Assembly (NCBI GenBank): GCA_964585935.1
Contig: CAZPFO010000004.1
Coordinates: 779 to 64,778, forward strand
Direction of reading: 5' to 3'
DNA: 64,000 nucleotides
Origin: an uncultured Methanosarcinales archaeon
GTDB lineage: Archaea; Nanobdellota; Nanobdellia; Woesearchaeales; GW2011-AR4
Shown piece by piece: positions 9,633-19,397 of this stretch. Below the pieces are notes generated by a model. The model made no database searches, had not been told where the DNA came from, and saw only the letters and a list, made by a program, of their open reading frames with translations. The stretch's first letter is position 1, and every line of letters begins with the position of its first letter. Made by a program: the position numbers and the translations under genes.

Positions 9633-9989
9633 TTATGGGCTTTCAGCCAGAACCTTTATCATTTTTAATCCTACTACCAGTGTTGCTGGTATAATGAAAG
9701 ACATTAAGGCCTGGAATACACCCTGCAAATATACGCCGATGTACATTACTCCTCCTAAAGCAGTTTCTGCACCTCCAGCGTAACTTAACAACACCAGAAC
9801 TACTGCGATAATCAAAAAGTCCTTGCTTTGTTTACCGCTTACATTCAAAAATCCAACTATCAGCCCTAGTATGGCCAAAAGGGATACTAACCACGGTGTT
9901 GCGTCTGCTAAAGAAGGTATGGCTAAACCCAAAACTACTGCAATTATTGTCCCTCCTATGAAAGAATACTGTCCTATTTTACTTTCCAT
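9633..9989 (-). CDS. small polytopic membrane protein
   Basis: 118 aa with about four hydrophobic helices. GAGGTGA Shine-Dalgarno-like motif a few nt upstream of the ATG. Confidence 0.45.
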   Translation of the reverse strand: MESKIGQYSFIGGTIIAVVLGLAIPSLADATPWLVSLLAILGLIVGFLNVSGKQSKDFLIIAVVLVLLSYAGGAETALGGVMYIGVYLQGVFQALMSFIIPATLVVGLKMIKVLAESP

Positions 9990-10069
9990 TATTTCACCTC
10001 TTTAAAGTTTTATTTAATATCCCTATGAATCATCTTATTTAAATATTGCGTTTTTCCAGCTAATATAGT

Positions 10070-10205
10070 AAAGGGCACAAATATCTGAGCAATGTATATG
10101 CCCTTTGCTTATATCAAACCTTGTTTGATGACTTAAAAATCTACGATTTTTAAGTTCCTAGAAACCATTTTGGTTTCTATGAGATTGGAAATCTTGGATT
10201 TCCAA
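10070..10205. other. tandem array of five perfect hairpins/palindromes
   Basis: Hairpin 1: AAAGGGCA/TGCCCTTT (10070-10106, 21-nt loop). Hairpin 2: ATCAAAC-CTT-GTTTGAT (10113-10129). Hairpin 3: CTTAAAAATC-TAC-GATTTTTAAG (10132-10154). Hairpin 4: TAGAAACCA-TTT-TGGTTTCTA (10159-10179). Hairpin 5: TTGGAAATC-TTG-GATTTCCAA (10185-10205). Confidence 0.7.
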
Positions 10206-10238
10206 ACTTACGAACGGACAACTATTGTTCAATTAATC

Positions 10239-11297
10239 TTATCCGTGAGTATAGCTTATTCTATCTAAGATAGTATGAGCATCTCTTGCAGTTAAACATT
10301 TATCCAACTTACTGGCATCTTTACCTAGTTTTAAGGTAATCATTATCTTAAAATAATCCAGCTCCTGATTAGAGATTCTTGCAAACCTGTCTGCTTCTAT
10401 TAGGCCATAAGGATATCCTAAAAAGACGGGATCATTGGAATTCTCGGTTATCAACCCCAAAATCTTGCTTATAGCAGGTTTCTGTTTTTTATAAATCTCA
10501 AACCTGAATATGTGTTTGGATTTTTCATGAAGCTTAGCAAAAACAATTTCTGCCTGATGCTCCTGGCTGTTAATATCAGCTATTGGATGATAATACCATC
10601 TTCCCCCTGGGCATATAATCCCTAAAATAGCTATCAAAGAATTGCCTTTCCCAGTCATTAAAGTGCAGCTCTTGCTCAAAGACGTTATTAAAACGTCTCT
10701 CTCTAGGCCTTTTTTGAACAAATTTTCTAAATATCTGCTCTCATTGGTAGTTGTGCTCTGCAGGGATCCATCCAAAACCAAAACATCCCCTTTATCCATA
10801 TCTTCAACCATGTTCGAAGCAATCTTCAGTTCAGAAAATCTTCTTATAGCTCCTGAAATCTTTGAAATGTTTATTCTTTGCAGCCCTGTTCTCAGGCTGG
10901 CGTCAAGGGAGCTAAAAACTAAATCAGCTTCATCTGGCAGTGTTTCTTTGTTTTCAGAAAACAATGTGGTTTTGTAGAAAATTTCATTATTTCTTTTCTC
11001 AGCATGGACCAGGGCATAAAATTCATGTTTTTTTGATTTTATTTTTTTATTGTTTTCATATATTGAATAATAAATTCTTATAAGATTAAGGGAAAAATCA
11101 GCAGCTTTTAATATCTCTAAATTTCCGCCATCAATAAAAGCAATCTTGCTTTTGCAGTCTGTTTTTTCTATTTTATGGAAGTTATTTTCTGAAATTTTAA
11201 ATGGTTTGTACCTTAAATCGGAAAACTGCGGAATCTCTTCTTCAAAATTAAACTCTTCATTCAGTTTTTTCTTTATTTCTTCTATCAGAATATCCAT
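10239..11297 (-). CDS. NurA-domain 5'-3' nuclease-like protein
   Basis: IAFIDGGN near the N-terminus and VLVLDGSLQS mid-protein resemble the two acidic NurA motifs. No herA neighbour. Confidence 0.5.
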   Translation of the reverse strand: MDILIEEIKKKLNEEFNFEEEIPQFSDLRYKPFKISENNFHKIEKTDCKSKIAFIDGGNLEILKAADFSLNLIRIYYSIYENNKKIKSKKHEFYALVHAEKRNNEIFYKTTLFSENKETLPDEADLVFSSLDASLRTGLQRINISKISGAIRRFSELKIASNMVEDMDKGDVLVLDGSLQSTTTNESRYLENLFKKGLERDVLITSLSKSCTLMTGKGNSLIAILGIICPGGRWYYHPIADINSQEHQAEIVFAKLHEKSKHIFRFEIYKKQKPAISKILGLITENSNDPVFLGYPYGLIEADRFARISNQELDYFKIMITLKLGKDASKLDKCLTARDAHTILDRISYTHG

Positions 11298-11387
11298 ATA
11301 CTGTAGAACTTCGACTTTATTTTTATAGTTTTTTATTTATTATTGGAAATACAAATCTTTTTAAACATATATCCACTACAAAAACCC

Positions 11388-12296
11388 ATGCTCACAAAAG
11401 AACAAAAGGAACTAATAGAAAAAATAAACAAGCTAAAGAAAGAAAAAAATGCAGTTATTTTGGTGCATAACTACCAAAGGCCTGAGATCTATGAAATAGC
11501 TGATTTTATGGGAGACTCATTAGAGTTAGCCAGAAAAGCAATGGAAACAAATGCAGAGATAATTGTATTTTGCGGTGTTGATTTTATGGCAGAGTCTGCT
11601 AAAATTCTTAATCCGGATAAGATAGTATTGCACCCTTCAAAACTTTCAATATGCCCTATGGCGCAGATGGTCACAAAAGAGCAGGTTTTAGGATTAAAAG
11701 CAAAATATCCAAAGGCTGTTGTTGTCAGTTATGTTAACACGACTGCCGAAGTTAAGGCTGTATCTGACATCTGCTGCACATCAGCAAATGCTGTTGATGT
11801 TGTTAATTCTTTGGAAGAAAAGGAGATTATTTTCACGCCGGATAAGCATCTTGCTGCATATGTGCAGACAAAAACAGAAAAAAAGGTAATACCTGCTGAG
11901 GGCCATTGCTATGTCCACAACAAAATTTCAGCAGAACAGGTAAAGAAAGCAAAAGAAAACCGTCCAAACGCGAAAATTATGGTCCATCCTGAATGCAGGA
12001 TGGATGTTATCAAACTGGCAGATGCTGTTTGTTCCACTTCCCAGATGATTAGATATGCAAAATCAAATCCAGAAAAGGAGTTTATTGTAGTAACTGAATG
12101 TGGTATGGCAAACGCATTAAAAAAAGAAATGCCTGATAAAACATTCTATGCCGCAGGAGGCACATGCATACAGATGAAAAAGATAACCTTGGATAAAGTT
12201 TATGATTGCCTGTTAAACGAAAAAAACCCCGTAGAGTTGGATAAAGATATCATAGGCAAAGCGAGAAAGGCTTTGCAAAGAATGCTGGAAGTCTAG
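11388..12296 (+). CDS. nadA: quinolinate synthase
   Basis: VHNYQRPEI...DFMGDSL, YVNTTAEVKA and HPEC motifs. The ORF is open from TTG 11343, but ATG 11388 (MLTKEQ) is the more likely start. Confidence 0.9.
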   Translation: MLTKEQKELIEKINKLKKEKNAVILVHNYQRPEIYEIADFMGDSLELARKAMETNAEIIVFCGVDFMAESAKILNPDKIVLHPSKLSICPMAQMVTKEQVLGLKAKYPKAVVVSYVNTTAEVKAVSDICCTSANAVDVVNSLEEKEIIFTPDKHLAAYVQTKTEKKVIPAEGHCYVHNKISAEQVKKAKENRPNAKIMVHPECRMDVIKLADAVCSTSQMIRYAKSNPEKEFIVVTECGMANALKKEMPDKTFYAAGGTCIQMKKITLDKVYDCLLNEKNPVELDKDIIGKARKALQRMLEV

Positions 12297-12339
12297 TTCT
12301 CAAAAGATTTAAATACTCTCCACATTAACATTTCTCTCG

Positions 12340-13284
12340 ATGAACAGGAAAAAATTACTGAATAAGGCATTTCAACGCGGGCATTTGCTTACTTTAAAGA
12401 ACAAATTCTACAGGGACTGGATTAAAAAATTCATTATTGATGAAACAAACGCAGATATCGGATCAGGGGATATTACCTCAAATAGTGTGTTAAAAAACGG
12501 GAAAAAAATAAAGGCAGTTATCTTTTCAAGGTCAGCTGGAATAGTTGCAGGCATTGAGGAGGTTTCTTCATTATTAAAAAACTCAAAGATAAAGATAAAA
12601 CAATTAAAAAAAGACGGAGACAAAATTAAAAAAAGATCTAAAATACTTTTATTAGAAGGGAATGAAAAAAATATTCTTAAACTGGAGAGGTCTGTTCTTG
12701 ACATCCTCTCAAGGATGTCTGGAATTGCAACTTTAACTGATAATTTAATAAGAAAAATAAAAAATAAGACATCCATTGCTCCGACAAGAAAAACACATTG
12801 GAGATATTTGGATAAGAAGGCAGTCTATGTTGGCGGCGGCTTAACACATAGGCTGGCTTTATGGGAATCAATATTAATTAAGGACAACCATTTATATGCG
12901 CTAAAAAAAGAAAAAGTAAATGATGTGGTTGAAACTGCTTTGGACAGGGCATGGAAACATAGAAAAGAGGGAGTGTTTATAGAGATAGAAACTTCCAATG
13001 AAAAACAAGCTATAAAAGCTGCTGAAAAATTTAAAGAATTAAGAGTCAAGGAAAAAAATATCCCCTGCCTCATTATGCTTGATAACATAAAGCCGGGTAA
13101 AATAAAGAGGATAATTAAAAAATTAAAAATAAAAAAATTGATTAGCCACGTATTGATTGAGGCTTCTGGCGGAATAACTCCGGCTAATATAAAAAATTAC
13201 TCCAACACAGGTGTTGATGTCCTTTCATTAGGCTATTTAACAACATCTTCAAAATCTTTGGATATAAAATTAAAGGTAATCTAA
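12340..13284 (+). CDS. nadC: nicotinate-nucleotide pyrophosphorylase (quinolinate phosphoribosyltransferase)
   Basis: TRKTHWRYLDKKAVYVGGGLTHRLALWESILIKDNH and C-terminal EASGGITPANI match NadC. Confidence 0.85.
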   Translation: MNRKKLLNKAFQRGHLLTLKNKFYRDWIKKFIIDETNADIGSGDITSNSVLKNGKKIKAVIFSRSAGIVAGIEEVSSLLKNSKIKIKQLKKDGDKIKKRSKILLLEGNEKNILKLERSVLDILSRMSGIATLTDNLIRKIKNKTSIAPTRKTHWRYLDKKAVYVGGGLTHRLALWESILIKDNHLYALKKEKVNDVVETALDRAWKHRKEGVFIEIETSNEKQAIKAAEKFKELRVKEKNIPCLIMLDNIKPGKIKRIIKKLKIKKLISHVLIEASGGITPANIKNYSNTGVDVLSLGYLTTSSKSLDIKLKVI

Positions 13285-13340
13285 ATGAATTGGAAATCGG
13301 AAATTTACAATTATTTAGAAATCACTGAAGGTGATTTCTA

Positions 13341-14132
13341 ATGAGAATAGGAGTAATAGGCTGCGGGGCAATTGGTTCTGTGTTATGCAGGTTTATTGAT
13401 AAAAAACTAAAGGATTCAAAATTAGTTGCGATATGTGATACTGATAAAGAAAAGGCCAAAGCTCTGCAAAAAAATTTAATCAACAAACCAGAAATAACAA
13501 ATATTGACGGTGTAATAAAAAAGTCCGATATAGTTGTGGAAGCAGTCAACACTTCAATTATAAAGGAGTTGCTAAAAAAATGCATAAAAAACAAAAGGCA
13601 TCTGATGATAATGAGTGTTGGAGGCTTAGTGCAAAACTATGATTTATTAAAAAAATTAACAGCCCGCCTATTCATACCTTCAGGAGCAATATGCGGTATT
13701 GATGGCGTCAAAGGCGCGAATATTGGAGATATTAAATCTGTTGCCATAACATCAACAAAAAGCCCCAGAAGCCTGGAAGGAGCGCCTTATATTCTAAAAA
13801 ACAAAATAGATCTGAAAAAAATAAAAAAGAAAAAAAAGATCTTTGAAGGTTCTGCTTTAGAGGCAATAAACGGGTTCCCGCAAAATGTAAATGTTTCGGC
13901 TACATTGAGTTTGGCTGGAATTGGAGCTAAAAAAACTAGAGTTATTATCATAGTTGACCCAAAAATAGAAAGGAACATGCATGAAGTTAAGGTCATAGGC
14001 TCTTTTGGAAAATTAACAACAAAAACAGAAAACATAGTAAGCCAGCTAAACCCAAAATCTTCTCATTTAGCTGTTTTAAGCGCCTGCGCCACATTAAAGA
14101 GGCTTACCGGCCATATAAAGATAGGGACTTAA
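13341..14132 (+). CDS. nadX: L-aspartate dehydrogenase
   Basis: MRIGVIGCGAIG Rossmann start and FEGSALEAINGFPQNVNVSATLSLAG...NMHEV...NPKSSHLA are typical of NadX. Third gene of the nadA-nadC-nadX string. Confidence 0.85.
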   Translation: MRIGVIGCGAIGSVLCRFIDKKLKDSKLVAICDTDKEKAKALQKNLINKPEITNIDGVIKKSDIVVEAVNTSIIKELLKKCIKNKRHLMIMSVGGLVQNYDLLKKLTARLFIPSGAICGIDGVKGANIGDIKSVAITSTKSPRSLEGAPYILKNKIDLKKIKKKKKIFEGSALEAINGFPQNVNVSATLSLAGIGAKKTRVIIIVDPKIERNMHEVKVIGSFGKLTTKTENIVSQLNPKSSHLAVLSACATLKRLTGHIKIGT

Positions 14133-14197
14133 GACGGTATTAGAATGTCAGACTATCCAAACATTTTTAAATTAAATACTCTTTTCTAAAAAAAACT

Positions 14198-16429
14198 ATG
14201 TATGAATTGATAATTTGTGAGAAGCCTTCAGCAGCTGTCAAAATAGCTAATGCTCTTGCAGAAGGCAAAGCTCTTAAAAAAAATTCCAAAGAAGGTGTCC
14301 CTTATTATGAGATTACAAGGGGCGAGAGAGACATTGTGGTTGTGCCTGCAGTAGGCCATCTCTATGGGATTGCTGAGAAAGAAAAAAAAGGGTGGACTTT
14401 TCCTGTATTTGACATTGAATGGAAGCCTGCTTCAGAAGTTAATAAAAAAGCCGATTTTTCAAAAAAATACCTTAGCACAATAAAGAGATTAGCAAAAGAG
14501 GCTGATGAGTTTACAGTTGCGTGTGATTATGACCAGGAAGGCTCTGTTATCGGAAATAACATAGTAACTTTTGCATGCAAGCAGAAAGACGCAAACAGGA
14601 TGAAGTTCTCAACATTAACAACGCCTGATTTAATTGAAGCTTATGAAAATAAAAGCCCTCACCTTGACTGGGGCCAGATAAATGCAGGTGAAACTCGCCA
14701 TTTTTTGGATTTCTTCAATGGAATTAACTATTCAAGAGCCTTAACATCTTCAATAAAAACAGCAGGCTCATTTAAAGTTATGTCAACTGGCCGAGTCCAG
14801 GGCCCGGCATTAAAGATTGTTGTAGAGAGGGAAAAGGAAATAAAGGCATTTACCCCAATACCTTTCTGGCAGATAGAGCTGAATGGTGTAGTAAATAATG
14901 GCAATATAATTGCATGGCATAAAAAAGACAAGTTCTGGGAGAAAAAAGAAGCAGATAAAATAATGGAAAAAGTCAAAAGCGAAAAAAATGCAATAATAGA
15001 CAACACCCAAAAGAAGCAATTCAAACAACAGCCCCCTATGCCTTTTGATTTAACAACTCTGCAGACAGAAGCCTACAGGTGTTTTAGGATTTCTCCAAAA
15101 GAAACACTGAGCATTGCTCAGGAACTTTACACAGGAGGCCTTATCTCCTACCCAAGAACATCCTCCCAGCAATTGTCTGAAAAATTAGGATTTAAAAAAA
15201 TTTTTGAAAAATTAGCAAAACAGGAACACTACTCAGAATTGATAAAAAAAATACTCTCAAGAAAAGCCCTTAAGCCGAATAACGGCAAAAAAACAGACCC
15301 TGCTCACCCGGCTATTTATCCAACAGGCATAGACCCTAAATCTCTCGAAGACAGAAACCAGAAGATTTACGATATAGTTATGAAGAGGTTCATGGCAACC
15401 TTTGCAGATCCTGCTTTAAGGCAGACTGTAACCATAGACATAAACTGCAAAGAGGAGATATTTATAGCAAAAGGCACCACCACATTAGAAAAAGGTTGGC
15501 ACATTTTCTATGCGCCGTATGTAAAGCTTGAGGAAGAAGAACTTCCAGTTGTAAATAAAAATGATTCAGTGGATGTTAAAAAGATCAAGTTCCATGAAAA
15601 AGAAACCCAGCCTCCTAAAAGGTACACTCCAGCCTCCATAATAAGGGATCTTGAGAAAAAAAATTTAGGGACAAAATCTACACGCGCATCTATTATAGAT
15701 ACTCTCTACCAGAGAGGTTATGTTGACGGAACAGCGATAAAAGCAACAGATCTTGGAATAAAAACAATAGAGACCTTGGAAAAGCATTGCCCAAAAATAG
15801 TAGACGAAGCATTGACAAGACATTTTGAAGAAGAGATGGAAAAGGTCAGAGAGAATAAGCTAAAAAAGGAGCAGATATTGGATGAATCAAAAAATGCTAT
15901 AACAAAGATAATTAAAGATTTCAAAAAAGAAGAGAAAGAAATTGGAAAAGCGCTTCTTAGCGCATACAAAGACACAAGAGACGGATTGAATTTTGTAGGG
16001 AAATGTCCTGCTTGTAAAGAAGGCGACCTTCAGATGAGGAGAGGCAAGTTTGGAAATTTTATTGCTTGTAACAGATACCCTAATTGCAAAACAACTTTCA
16101 GCCTTCCCAGTAATGCGCTTATTAAAGCAGCAAAAAAAGACTGCCTGATATGCGGCTTCCCGATGGTTTGCTCTATAAAACGGGGCAAAAAACCGCAGGA
16201 TTTTTGCCTTAACCCAAAATGCAAATCAAAACACGTTGAAGGGGAAGCTGGAAAAATGGCAAAGGACATTGCAGAGGGAAAAATAGAAAAACCATGCCCT
16301 CAATGCAAAGAAGGCAAACTTGTATTGAGGAAATCCATTTATGGCTCTTTCCTTGGCTGCAGTAAATATCCTAAATGCAAGTATACTGAAAAGTTAGAAA
16401 AGAAGGATAACCAGACAAAACAAGAATGA
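14198..16429 (+). CDS. topA: DNA topoisomerase I (type IA) with C-terminal zinc ribbons
   Basis: Toprim start (LIICEKPS, DYDQEGS), active-site LISYPRTSSQ, and three CxxC...CxxC ribbons at the C-terminus. Confidence 0.9.
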   Translation: MYELIICEKPSAAVKIANALAEGKALKKNSKEGVPYYEITRGERDIVVVPAVGHLYGIAEKEKKGWTFPVFDIEWKPASEVNKKADFSKKYLSTIKRLAKEADEFTVACDYDQEGSVIGNNIVTFACKQKDANRMKFSTLTTPDLIEAYENKSPHLDWGQINAGETRHFLDFFNGINYSRALTSSIKTAGSFKVMSTGRVQGPALKIVVEREKEIKAFTPIPFWQIELNGVVNNGNIIAWHKKDKFWEKKEADKIMEKVKSEKNAIIDNTQKKQFKQQPPMPFDLTTLQTEAYRCFRISPKETLSIAQELYTGGLISYPRTSSQQLSEKLGFKKIFEKLAKQEHYSELIKKILSRKALKPNNGKKTDPAHPAIYPTGIDPKSLEDRNQKIYDIVMKRFMATFADPALRQTVTIDINCKEEIFIAKGTTTLEKGWHIFYAPYVKLEEEELPVVNKNDSVDVKKIKFHEKETQPPKRYTPASIIRDLEKKNLGTKSTRASIIDTLYQRGYVDGTAIKATDLGIKTIETLEKHCPKIVDEALTRHFEEEMEKVRENKLKKEQILDESKNAITKIIKDFKKEEKEIGKALLSAYKDTRDGLNFVGKCPACKEGDLQMRRGKFGNFIACNRYPNCKTTFSLPSNALIKAAKKDCLICGFPMVCSIKRGKKPQDFCLNPKCKSKHVEGEAGKMAKDIAEGKIEKPCPQCKEGKLVLRKSIYGSFLGCSKYPKCKYTEKLEKKDNQTKQE

Positions 16430-18174
16430 ATGCTAAAAAAACCATACTATTGTTCATCTCCTTCTTATTGATACTAACACCCACAATATTTGCCGAAAAA
16501 GGCCACCTAAAACTCCTGGCAGTAACAGAAACAAAAGAAGGCTATAATGGAAGCATCGCGGATTTATACTTGGAGATAAAACCCGGAACTGGCCGTGTTT
16601 TTCTTGAAACATTCCCGTTAACAAAATTTGACACTCAAATCTCAACAAGATTTGCAAAAGAGATTGCCTGCAATCACATCGATGTTGACTGCGGCAGATA
16701 TGATTTTTTCTACACAATAAATGCAGGCAGCCCCATAGTTGCAGGTGCAAGTGCGGGCTCTTCAATAGCAGTCTTGACAATCTCTTTGTTAAAAGGCCTG
16801 CAGTTAGAAGAGGGTATTGCGATTACCGGCACAATCAATTCTGGCGGCCTTGTTGGCCTTGTTGGCGGCCTAAAAGAGAAAATAGAAGCAGGCAAAGAAG
16901 CAGGTATGAAAACAATATTGATACCAAAAGCCTCAAAGATATTAGATGGCAATAAAACAGAGGATATAAAAAATTTCAGCAAAAAAACAGGAATAAATAT
17001 CGTAGAGGTCTCCACTTTAAGTGAAGCTATCGAAGAGTTCTCAGGATTGAAGACAGAAAAAGAAGAAGAAAATCTTGCAATAAATCCTTCCTACATGGAT
17101 ACAATGAAATATTTGGCTAATGAGCTATGTTCAAGAACAAAGAAATTAAAAAACATAACAGTAAAATTAAAATCAGACAAAACAACTGCAAGTAAAGCTG
17201 AAAATTTAACAATAAAATCCATCGAATCCTTTGATGAAGGCCTTTATTATTCTGCTGCAAGCTACTGTTTTGGAGCTAATGTAGAATACTCGTATGCAAT
17301 ATCATTATTAGAAAATCTCACTGTGAATGATACTTTAAAAAGAGCTGAATTGATTAAAAAAAGCATAAATGATCTTAATGTAAACATAAGAAAAGACAAG
17401 ATAAAGACAATAACAGACCTGGAAACCTATATGGTTGTAAAAGATCGCTTAACAGAAGCGAATGACTTTGTGGATTCTGTCCTGGAAAATGTAAACAATA
17501 AAGAAAAAAGCCTGCATGATCTTGCTTATGCAATCGAAAGGCTTAATTCAGCAAAATCCTGGGCTGCTTTCTTAGACAACCGCGGCAAAGAGTTCAATCT
17601 GGACAGGGACGTATTGGAAAAATCCTGCAAATACCGCTTATCAGAAGCAGAAGAGCGCTATCAGTACGTTAACCTTTATTATCCAAATTCCCTGGAAAAC
17701 ACAAGAAAAGAGCTAGATTACGCCTACACTGACCTGGAAAGGGAAAATTACGCCCTTTGCATATTCAAAGCAAGCAAGGTGAAAGCTAACCTTGGCATTG
17801 TCTTAAGTATCCCTTATGCTGACGAAGCGCAAACAAAAAACATCTTAAGCCAAAAGCTGGAGATTGTCAAAAGAAACCTGATAAAAAAAACACAGAAAGG
17901 CATATTCCCGATTTTAGGCTATTCCTATTATGAATACGCGACTGTCCTGGAAGAAGAGGACCTTTACTCTGCCCTGCTATATTCGGAATATGCGCTTGAA
18001 CTGGGCAATTTAGAGGTTTATTTCAAGGAAAAAAATAATATAATTGAAGAAATCAGATATAAGGTTGATGTAAGGCTGATTTTAATTTTAGTCTCTGGCT
18101 TGATTATTGGCTATTTAATGGCAACAATCGCACAAAAGCAGAGAAAGAAGTTTAAAAAAAAGAGAAAAAGATAA
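16426..18174 (+). CDS. signal-peptide and C-terminally TM-anchored protein with Lon (S16) protease domain
   Basis: GASAGSSIAV (Lon GPSAG-type serine) and GGLKEKIEAGKEAG (catalytic Lys region) with no AAA+ module. Long helical C-terminal half and a terminal TM. ATGA start/stop overlap with topA. Confidence 0.65.
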   Translation: MNAKKTILLFISFLLILTPTIFAEKGHLKLLAVTETKEGYNGSIADLYLEIKPGTGRVFLETFPLTKFDTQISTRFAKEIACNHIDVDCGRYDFFYTINAGSPIVAGASAGSSIAVLTISLLKGLQLEEGIAITGTINSGGLVGLVGGLKEKIEAGKEAGMKTILIPKASKILDGNKTEDIKNFSKKTGINIVEVSTLSEAIEEFSGLKTEKEEENLAINPSYMDTMKYLANELCSRTKKLKNITVKLKSDKTTASKAENLTIKSIESFDEGLYYSAASYCFGANVEYSYAISLLENLTVNDTLKRAELIKKSINDLNVNIRKDKIKTITDLETYMVVKDRLTEANDFVDSVLENVNNKEKSLHDLAYAIERLNSAKSWAAFLDNRGKEFNLDRDVLEKSCKYRLSEAEERYQYVNLYYPNSLENTRKELDYAYTDLERENYALCIFKASKVKANLGIVLSIPYADEAQTKNILSQKLEIVKRNLIKKTQKGIFPILGYSYYEYATVLEEEDLYSALLYSEYALELGNLEVYFKEKNNIIEEIRYKVDVRLILILVSGLIIGYLMATIAQKQRKKFKKKRKR

Positions 18175-18206
18175 TTGATTAAAATAATTTTGATAGGATT
18201 ATTAAA

Positions 18207-18231
18207 CCCAGCAGAAGCAAGTCCTGCTGGG
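18207..18231 (+). terminator. GC-rich hairpin downstream of the Lon-domain gene
   Basis: CCCAGCAG (18207-18214) pairs with CTGCTGGG (18224-18231) around a 9-nt loop. A second 8-bp hairpin, GTGATAGA/TCTATCAC, lies at 18240-18282. Terminator role is inferred only. Confidence 0.3.
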
Positions 18232-18329
18232 AAAAAGAGGTGATAGATTCTCTTTTAGTGTTACTCTAAAATAGTCTATCACTAGTATTACTTCAAAATG
18301 AACAAACTATTTAAACTTTTCGCTAAAAG

Positions 18330-19286
18330 ATGAAAAAAACCAGTTATATTTTCATTGTTTTTTTATTAGCAGTCGGTAGTTGCAATCCTACGGAAAATTT
18401 TGACAAAAGTATTGCAGAAACAAACTCAGAGCCCATTATTCTTTTTTGTCCGCAGGACAATTGCGAAAAAAACCTTGTTGCCCTGATAAACTATTCTAAA
18501 CAGTCTGTCCATTGCGCAATCTACGATTTAAAATTAGAGAATGTTATCAACATCCTGGCATCTAAAAGCCACGATGTAGATGTTAAAATTATACTGGAAA
18601 AAGATAATTATAAAGAGCAGATAAGGGGGGAAGCTATAAAGATGGACAATAACAAATACGCTATGCACAATAAATTCTGTGTAATAGACAATAATGTGGT
18701 CTGGACAGGCTCTTTTAACCCCACAGAAAGAGGCTCTTACTACAATAACAACAACGTAGTTGTTTTTTATTCAAAACAGCTTGCAGAAAACTATGAAGAT
18801 GAGTTTGATGAGCTATGGGGTAATTCCAACCAGAAAGTTAGACACCCTATAGTCTACTTAAACAGCAAAAAAATTGAGAATTATTTCTGCCCGGAAGATA
18901 ACTGCGCTCTGCATGTCATAGACACCATAAACAAAGCAAAAAGCAGCATATACTTTATGACATTCAGCTTTACAAATGAAGATATTGCTGATGCTATATT
19001 ATTTAAAGAAAATATCGAGATAAAAGGAATTTTTGAGACAACCCAGGCAGGAAGCAAATACTCTCAATACACAAGGCTAAAAGACTTCGGGTTAAATGTT
19101 ATAAAAGACAAAAACAAGGCAAATATGCACCATAAAGTCTTTATCATAGATAGCGAAATAGTTATCACCGGCAGCTTTAACCCAACAGAATCCGGCGATA
19201 AAAGAAATGACGAGAATTTGCTGATAATACATGATAAAGGGATTGCAGGGAAGTATTTGAAAGAGTTTGAGGAAGTGTGGGGTTAA
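18330..19286 (+). CDS. phospholipase D/nuclease-family protein with two HKD motifs, probable lipoprotein
   Basis: Signal/lipobox-like N-terminus (LLAVGSC). HNKFCVIDNNVVWTGSFNPT and HHKVFIIDSEIVITGSFNPTESGDKRNDEN are two HxK(x)4D PLD motifs. Confidence 0.8.
   Translation: MKKTSYIFIVFLLAVGSCNPTENFDKSIAETNSEPIILFCPQDNCEKNLVALINYSKQSVHCAIYDLKLENVINILASKSHDVDVKIILEKDNYKEQIRGEAIKMDNNKYAMHNKFCVIDNNVVWTGSFNPTERGSYYNNNNVVVFYSKQLAENYEDEFDELWGNSNQKVRHPIVYLNSKKIENYFCPEDNCALHVIDTINKAKSSIYFMTFSFTNEDIADAILFKENIEIKGIFETTQAGSKYSQYTRLKDFGLNVIKDKNKANMHHKVFIIDSEIVITGSFNPTESGDKRNDENLLIIHDKGIAGKYLKEFEEVWG
19176..19210 (+). repeat. 35-bp exact direct repeat, left copy (inside the PLD gene 3' end)
   Basis: TTTAACCCAACAGAATCCGGCGATAAAAGAAATGA is identical to 20466-20500. 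Confidence 0.9.
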
Positions 19287-19397
19287 CAAAAGTTTCTTAA
19301 TTTTATGGGGCCATTTTTGCACCATTTCAGTTTCTCTTCAAGCATTGGAAACCAGAACTTATCCTTTTGCAAGTCACCCTTCGAACAAAGAAATGAT

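Noticed and set aside
10070-10205. CRISPR array or replication origin (ORB/mini-ORB) interpretation of the hairpin cluster
   Set aside because: The stems are five different sequences with no repeat-spacer periodicity, so it is not a CRISPR array. There is no orc1/cdc6 neighbour, no AT-rich unwinding element flanked by repeated ORB boxes, and the dyads do not match the TCCA..TGGA ORB core.
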